DNA of 64,000 nucleotides. Source: Eledone cirrhosa (taxonomy: Eukaryota). The translations under genes and the position numbers were made by a program. Location: contig OZ024743.1 of the NCBI GenBank assembly GCA_964016885.1, positions 348,564,001-348,628,000 of the forward strand, read 5' to 3'. The first letter of the stretch is position 1. Each line of letters begins with the position of its first letter. The notes under the pieces are model-generated. The model had not been told where the DNA came from. It saw only the letters and a list, made by a program, of their open reading frames with translations, and did no database searches. Shown one piece after another: positions 56,924 through 64,000 of the stretch.

Positions 56924-58116
56924 TTGTTATATATACATTTCACAATGTTTTTAATATTCTGTTAAATGTTTGGTTCAAATCTCAATGGGAATTGACATTT
57001 CGTTTCACCCCGTGCATTATTTAGGTATAAACTAATTGAAAAGAAAAATATACACTTTCAAATTGAGTGAAATGTTCGAGTGAAACTTTTTTAACAAGAA
57101 ACCTAGAAACATTATATAGACTAGAGTTTCATCATATCTATTATATATCCAACAATTCTTTCATCCTTAGCAGATCTGTAAACGAGGTTTTAATTGATAT
57201 TCTATATTATCGAATATACATTTTCATTTGGGTACATTTTAGAAATCACTATATATTGCAGTGCGTGATATTCTTGCCATGGGTTTTCCCGTTGCTTAAA
57301 CATCGGTGACATTTTATCGAACATACCGTGTAGCTCCATGATAAAGCTGATTTAATTAAGGCTATCCGTATGTTTTTTTAAATTCTGATGTAACAACAGA
57401 GCCATCTATTTTGAAAACGGATGAAAGTGATTTGAAAGAAATTTAAATAGAATTTCTAGTACATACATACAGTCATATATACATACGTGTATACAAACAA
57501 GCATACATACATACAAATTTATGCATACATATATACTTACATGCATACACATACATACATGCAATACATACATACCTACATACATATATACATACATACA
57601 TACATCCATCCATCCATCCATACATACATACATACAAGTATAGGTGTCCTTCACACCCAGTGGTTTAACCGCGCGATCGGGTGTCCAGCCAGACTATTTC
57701 TATGTCCTCGCGCATAAACATACATGCATACATACATACATACATACATACATACATACATACATACATACATACATACATACATACATACATGCACACA
57801 TACATAAATGATGGCTGCCCCCTCGTTATCGAGTATGGCCATTTCACGATACACCATTATTAATAATTATTAATTAATTCTATCGTGCAATGCCTGTGCA
57901 TAAAGATATTTTTTAAAGTGAGGAAAGACTGAGCCAATCCCACTCTCTGAGCGACAGTAGCTATAACCCGAAAAGAAGAAAAGATCAACATCATCGGTAA
58001 CTACTGAGCCACAGGTTTTATATCGGAGTTATCCCAGTTTCCTGAGTTGCCTTCTCCTAGAAGAATACCCTGACAAAGCTAGGAGCCCTTCACTCCCAGT
58101 GGTTTAACCATACATA

Positions 58117-59301
58117 CGAGGTTTTGTCCCAGAAGAAATGTTAATGGTGTTTTATTTGAATGTATATTACACCTACATGAAATTACATGTTATCTCTTTT
58201 GAAATGCGACCTTTGGGAAGTCACACTGGAGTTCCAACGTTATTTCCTTTGGTCGTAGCATTACTGGACGTCATTTTCTGTGTAGATCCTTAGATAATTG
58301 GTTACAACTTCTTCAGTGTGTTGCATGGTCCCAAAATGATAACCTTTCAACTTTGATTTCAACTTAGAAAAGAGGTAAACATCTCATGGAGTTTGATCTG
58401 GGCTCTAGGGTGGATGTGGAAGAGTGGGAATGTTTTTCTTCGCTAGAAATTCTCTTATTGAAAGTGCTGTGTGCGCAGGCACGTTATCATGATACGGTAC
58501 CCAATCTCTTGCAATGTACTTTAGCATTCGCTGAACCCATTTTCGATGTCTTTATTAAAGAAAAGATAATCATCGTTTTCACCCTCGATCTGCTCATCCG
58601 TGCTGTCTCCGGACAAGGAGAATTTTTCGTGTGCTAATCCTAACCTCACTTTTTTATCTCTCGTTCGTACTGTTATTTTTAATATATCTGAGAAAATTTG
58701 CTCAATTTCGAGTATTTCTAGCAAATTCTGAGAAAATGCCTGCTGGTTAATTTTGTAGTTCACAGACAAGTGTTTGGGCATTATTTGGGCAGAAACTATT
58801 CGCATGTGCAAATGGACTGTTAAACCTATGTGATCTGCATTTTTATTCGTTTCTTCTGTGTTCATCCTCGCACCTCTCCACATTTTCTTCATTTATTGAA
58901 GAGATTAGCCTTCCAGAACGAGGTTCGTCTACAACATTTCATTGGCCCTTAAAGAAAGCTTTGGGCAACATACAAACCTTAATCCTTGATAGTGGGGGTA
59001 TCTCGCTCAGATTGAGTGAAAGGATTAAAGGTTAGGGTAGCAGATTTGTTGACTTTCCCACAAGATTTGATCGTGTAACGTTGTTCGATATTTCCCTGCA
59101 TATCAAATGTAACATTAGTTGTAAACACGCCTGTATAGAAACAGCAAAATCTCACAACTGACTCAATTGATAATGTTGAAACAAGCTTGTGCGTGCAGCC
59201 AAAGTCATAACCAACAGGCCTATATGCATCAACTAAATGTTACGTTACCATATTGTACATAGAAAAAGAAATCAGTAGCCTTACTTTTGAGGCAAACCTC
59301 G
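58117..59301 (-). mobile_element. Degenerate mariner element (~1.2 kb)
   Basis: Imperfect TIRs CGAGGTTTTGTCCCAGAAG / CTTTTGAGGCAAACCTCG. Minus-strand remnants MRIVSAQIMPKHL, NDYLFFNKD, YHDNVPAH. Confidence 0.7.
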
Positions 59302-59302
59302 C

Positions 59303-59334
<32 letters not shown>

Positions 59335-59370
59335 ATGTGTGTGTGTGTGTGTGTGCGTATGAGTGTGCAT

Positions 59371-59404
<34 letters not shown>

Positions 59405-60652
59405 TTGTGTTTGTGTGCGTTTGTGTGTGTGTGTGTGTGCGTGTGTGTGTGTGTATGTGTGTGTGTGTGTGTGTGTACATGTTTTGAGCGAGAGTCGGAG
59501 AATGAGTGAGAGTTGTGTGTGCTTGTGTGTGTCAGTATATAAGTGTATCCTTTTATTCGGCATTTAAGAGGGGAATTTATAGCAATTGAAATATAACATT
59601 TACCGAGGTGTTTCGAAAGAAATTATGAGTTTAAATGTATGAAGCCACAAATATTCTGATATGTAAAAATATCGCACATTAACGTATGTTTAGAAATACA
59701 AAAGATAAGTTTATAGGTAAAACTAGCAGCGAAAATCATAACTTTCGTATGTAATTTTCCGATGGAAAAGAAGCAAAAAGGTGACAACTAGTGTCAATTT
59801 GAATATGATGCATCTTCCACAGCTTCGACGATGATCACTCTCTTCTTCGATCAATTGAACGTCGAACACGTAGATTAACATGCAAATGGTTCAGTATTTC
59901 TCACATACACGTATTCTTATCGTAACTCACAAACTGAATCAGTGGAAGGGTGTGCATGCAAGCGTATCCATGTTTGGGTATACCTTTAGTATTTGTTTAT
60001 GTCCGATAACTGATCGGTTCGATCAACAAAATCAGCACTAGACTTTTGAAATACAAAAGTATCTTGGCGTGAATATGATATTGTAACTTTCTTTGGGGGA
60101 GGTACCATAACATGGCCATAGTAAACAAATTGAAAACATTAATATATTGTATATCAAACCAATATTTCGTCTCAACCACCTCTCCCATACATTTTCAATA
60201 AAAAAATAAAACGCAACAACAACAAATAGCAGACTGACACATAATACACTTTATATTTTCACTGGAAATATTTCTTTACACGGGTATATCTGTCCGAATA
60301 GATATAAAGATTTTAAATCCTAAGTAAACACGTTTGTTATTAAAAAGAAAATAACTTCGTTTCAGGTTTTATTCAGAATTTGACATTCTTATTAGTTTCA
60401 AATGGTCTTCTTCTATCTTGCTAGCATGCTTCATTTTAATTGATGTATTTTAACATAATTCAAATATCTAAAATCATCAATAAATTTATCCAACGTTCTA
60501 TCCATCGCTGTTTCTATCTATCGTCTTATCCGTCTCGATTTCTCTCTGTATATGTACACACACACACTAACACACTCACACACACACATATAAACATAAA
60601 GAGGCGCAGCTACCCTCGTATATACAAACACACATACATACATGTATATATA

Positions 60653-60739
<87 letters not shown>

Positions 60740-60891
60740 TTATATATATAGAGAGAGAGAGAGATAGAGGGGGAGAGAGAGAGATGTATGTATGTGCATA
60801 TAGATTGAATTAAAGAAGGAAAGAGAAATAATAGATATGTATAAGGATATATATATATTTATATATATTTATAATATATATATACATATAT

Positions 60892-60992
<101 letters not shown>

Positions 60993-61581
60993 TAGTTAGA
61001 AGGAGAGATATGTTTGTACAAGTGTGTTATTGTCTATTCTATAAAACATATATGCGTTTGCTCCATTCTATAAATTATGTGTATGAATCTGAATATTCTG
61101 TACTTAATTTCAACCCCTGTTTGCAATTTCTCTCACTGCATTACAATGAAACAATATAAAAAGAGTTCACAAGTCACTCTCCACTAGCCGTCGTACAAGA
61201 TATTGTCGTTATTATCTGTCCACAGTATAACACTTATATGGCTTTATGATAATAGCACCAGATCATCATAAATATGGCAGCCGTATGCAGCAACAATAGC
61301 TGTTCACAACACAAAACAATTGTAAACGTCAACCCAACTACTTGATAGCAATTGAGTTTCTCATATGAATTTCTGAATATTACAAACCAAATCTAAATGT
61401 TCCTTACAAGTCCATAAGCGTACATATATGTCTCAACGCACATTCACACGCATCCAAACACACACACACATACATATATATATGTATATATACATATACA
61501 TATATATACATATATATACGTGTGCGCGTGTGTGTATGCATATATGCTGTTAAATATAAACACACACACAAACACACACAC

Positions 61582-61714
<133 letters not shown>

Positions 61715-62838
61715 CATACATATATTTTGAGGGTGTGTAAAAACCACACATATACTACACATATAGAAGCACATATACTTGATGTAACAAAGGATTAATA
61801 CTGTGAGAATGAGGAATTCACGTTGTGGTGTTGATAGCATATAGCAAGGAAAAATTGGATGCCCTGTGAAATATTGATTTGTTTTGTTGGCCACACAAAT
61901 TCAAGAGGTTGGCGGCACTACATAGGTGAAATAGAACGAAAAACAATAAATAAAAGCTGTATGGGATTTACTTCGACTAAAATGGTGACATTTATCCTAG
62001 CAATTGGATAATATTAATAGATAGTGGTAAATCGCAATTGTAGTACGGAACAATAAAACAAAAATCGATGCACAAAACGAACACCAGGCAGTATATATTA
62101 TTTCAAATCACTTCAACTACAATCTGAAATATTTCCTGAAACACACATGTCAAATATTTTTTTTGTCGGTTATTTATTTATTTATTTTTGTTTAGATATT
62201 GAAACCACTGATTGTCCGCTTAAGCTGTTACAAGTCGACTCTATTTCCAAAGACATAGGTAATAAAAGAGTCTAGAGGACGATGTTTTGGAGAGCCACCA
62301 TATAATGTAGTTAGAGCGAGACGTAGTGGTAGGTCACTACATGGGAAAGATTTTAAAGAACCGAAAGTTCCAGGACATCCATGGCTCGACTGATACAATC
62401 GGACTGTCCGGTGCTTCGTCCTTTGTCTTCGCTCAGCTTTTTATTATTCCTTTTATATTATCTTACCCACACAGGGGCTAATCCAATTAGAAAATCCAGA
62501 TAGCACATTGCCAATTGTGATGCATTTGTATGATCATCATCATCACGACCGTCACCACCACATACATACTATCAACATCCTTATAGGTCACGCATAATTA
62601 ACAGTACATTACGATGTTTTACACCTATTTTATGCAGCTGTGTTTAAATGTCAAAGATCAGATGTTATATATAAAATATTAAGATCAAAATATAAAATAT
62701 GAAAGCACCCTTCTCCCTTCTCACCAGGAGAGTGTTCACATTGATTAAGTACGTTATAAAATTCTCCACATGATGTCCGCTTTCTATAGAAACACTTGCT
62801 TTTCCACGAATGTTTTATTCCTTGTGGTTTGAAATCCT

Positions 62839-62839
<1 letters not shown>

Positions 62840-62932
<93 letters not shown>

Positions 62933-62952
62933 GCTGCTACTACTACTACTAC
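62840..62952. repeat. (CTA)n microsatellite
   Basis: Direct inspection. Confidence 0.95.
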
Positions 62953-64000
62953 GAATGACACTACCAATCCAAACTAGCTGTATGACAACCATCCCACTAA
63001 AATAGTCATGAATAACTGTATATGATGGACATATTGATCCCTTACGTTCAGTTAGTAAAATAGTCGATATCTTGGTGGAAAAAAATATACGAAATATAGA
63101 TTATTGAAATGAAAAGTGAGACAAAAATAGGTGGATCATTTAACACTTTCAATTTAATTGCACAATTTACACCTCATACATTGTGAAGAACGAACAGAAT
63201 ATAGAGTATATAAGGGTAGAGAATTTTCCGCCCATTATCTATGGATAATTTCTAGAATGTTTTACTCAATAACTACTAACGGGAGACATTACTAATTTGA
63301 GTGAAACCCTATCTAAAGACATGGGGATGCCATTATCACTGCTCTTCCATGATGAACGAATTGCCCGAATTTGCTATGCGTCCAGTGTCCAGGTATCATT
63401 GAGTTTTGGAATTTTGTTTTAGCAACACGTTAAGAAATATTGTCAATTAGACTAACTCCATTTTATGGTTGGGAAAATAAACCATACTACTTACGATGCA
63501 TTATATGATTTTGCTTCTGTTGGCTCCGTTTACAAAAATAGGATCTTGTAAGTTGTGTTTATTTCAAAGCCTAGTTTTCGGCAGACAAAGCAACAAAATC
63601 GTTTCTGAAGTCAATAGCGTTTCTCTTCTGATTTGAATAGGGTTTATATATATGAAATAGGATTTATATATATGAAAATCGAATATCTCCTTTGCATTGA
63701 ATGAAATACATAACACCTTTAAATATATATGACTCCCCTCCGAGAACCTCATGTCTACATGTTCTACCTTTCTCTGACATGTGAGCAGCTCCGATCAGGT
63801 AATTCACAGATTCCACCATCCATCACACGAACAACTTAAACGTAATAGATACACATTTAGCCTCGATGTTTTCTCCCTCTATACATCAATATCCGCCCAC
63901 CCAGTTTTAATCCTAGTGACTGACAGGATCATTTCTTATAACGTAAAAGAACTGCTTCGTACTCACCACATTCGACATACACTAACTCCTACCCATCATC

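Noticed and set aside
63700-64000. Possible minus-strand exon with GTGAGT donor at 63966
   Set aside because: Stops in all three frames within the visible part and no recognisable homology.

Overview
AT-rich, microsatellite-dense animal DNA made almost entirely of repeats; the SINE content and (TA)n/(CA)n load suggest a coleoid cephalopod such as an octopus (inference). It contains a near full-length, young L1/Tx1-type LINE (about 1-5600) plus an internally deleted relative, several Penelope-like elements (PLEs, RT + GIY-YIG), RTE fragments, two mariner relics, three non-autonomous Helitrons and about 12 copies of one tRNA-derived SINE. The main signal missing from the ORF track is a dense, diverse set of minimal type I hammerhead ribozymes (HHRs; CUGANGA...GAAA with a short, often palindromic stem III). 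They sit in short non-coding elements next to (TA)n tracts. Two copies of one ~320-nt family are circularly permuted and show stem II covariation, as expected of a retrozyme copied from circular RNA. Many elements are locally duplicated as long, near-perfect inverted repeats. No host protein-coding gene is securely identified; two candidate exons lie at 22.6-23.4 kb. All alignments and folds were made by eye, so boundaries are approximate.
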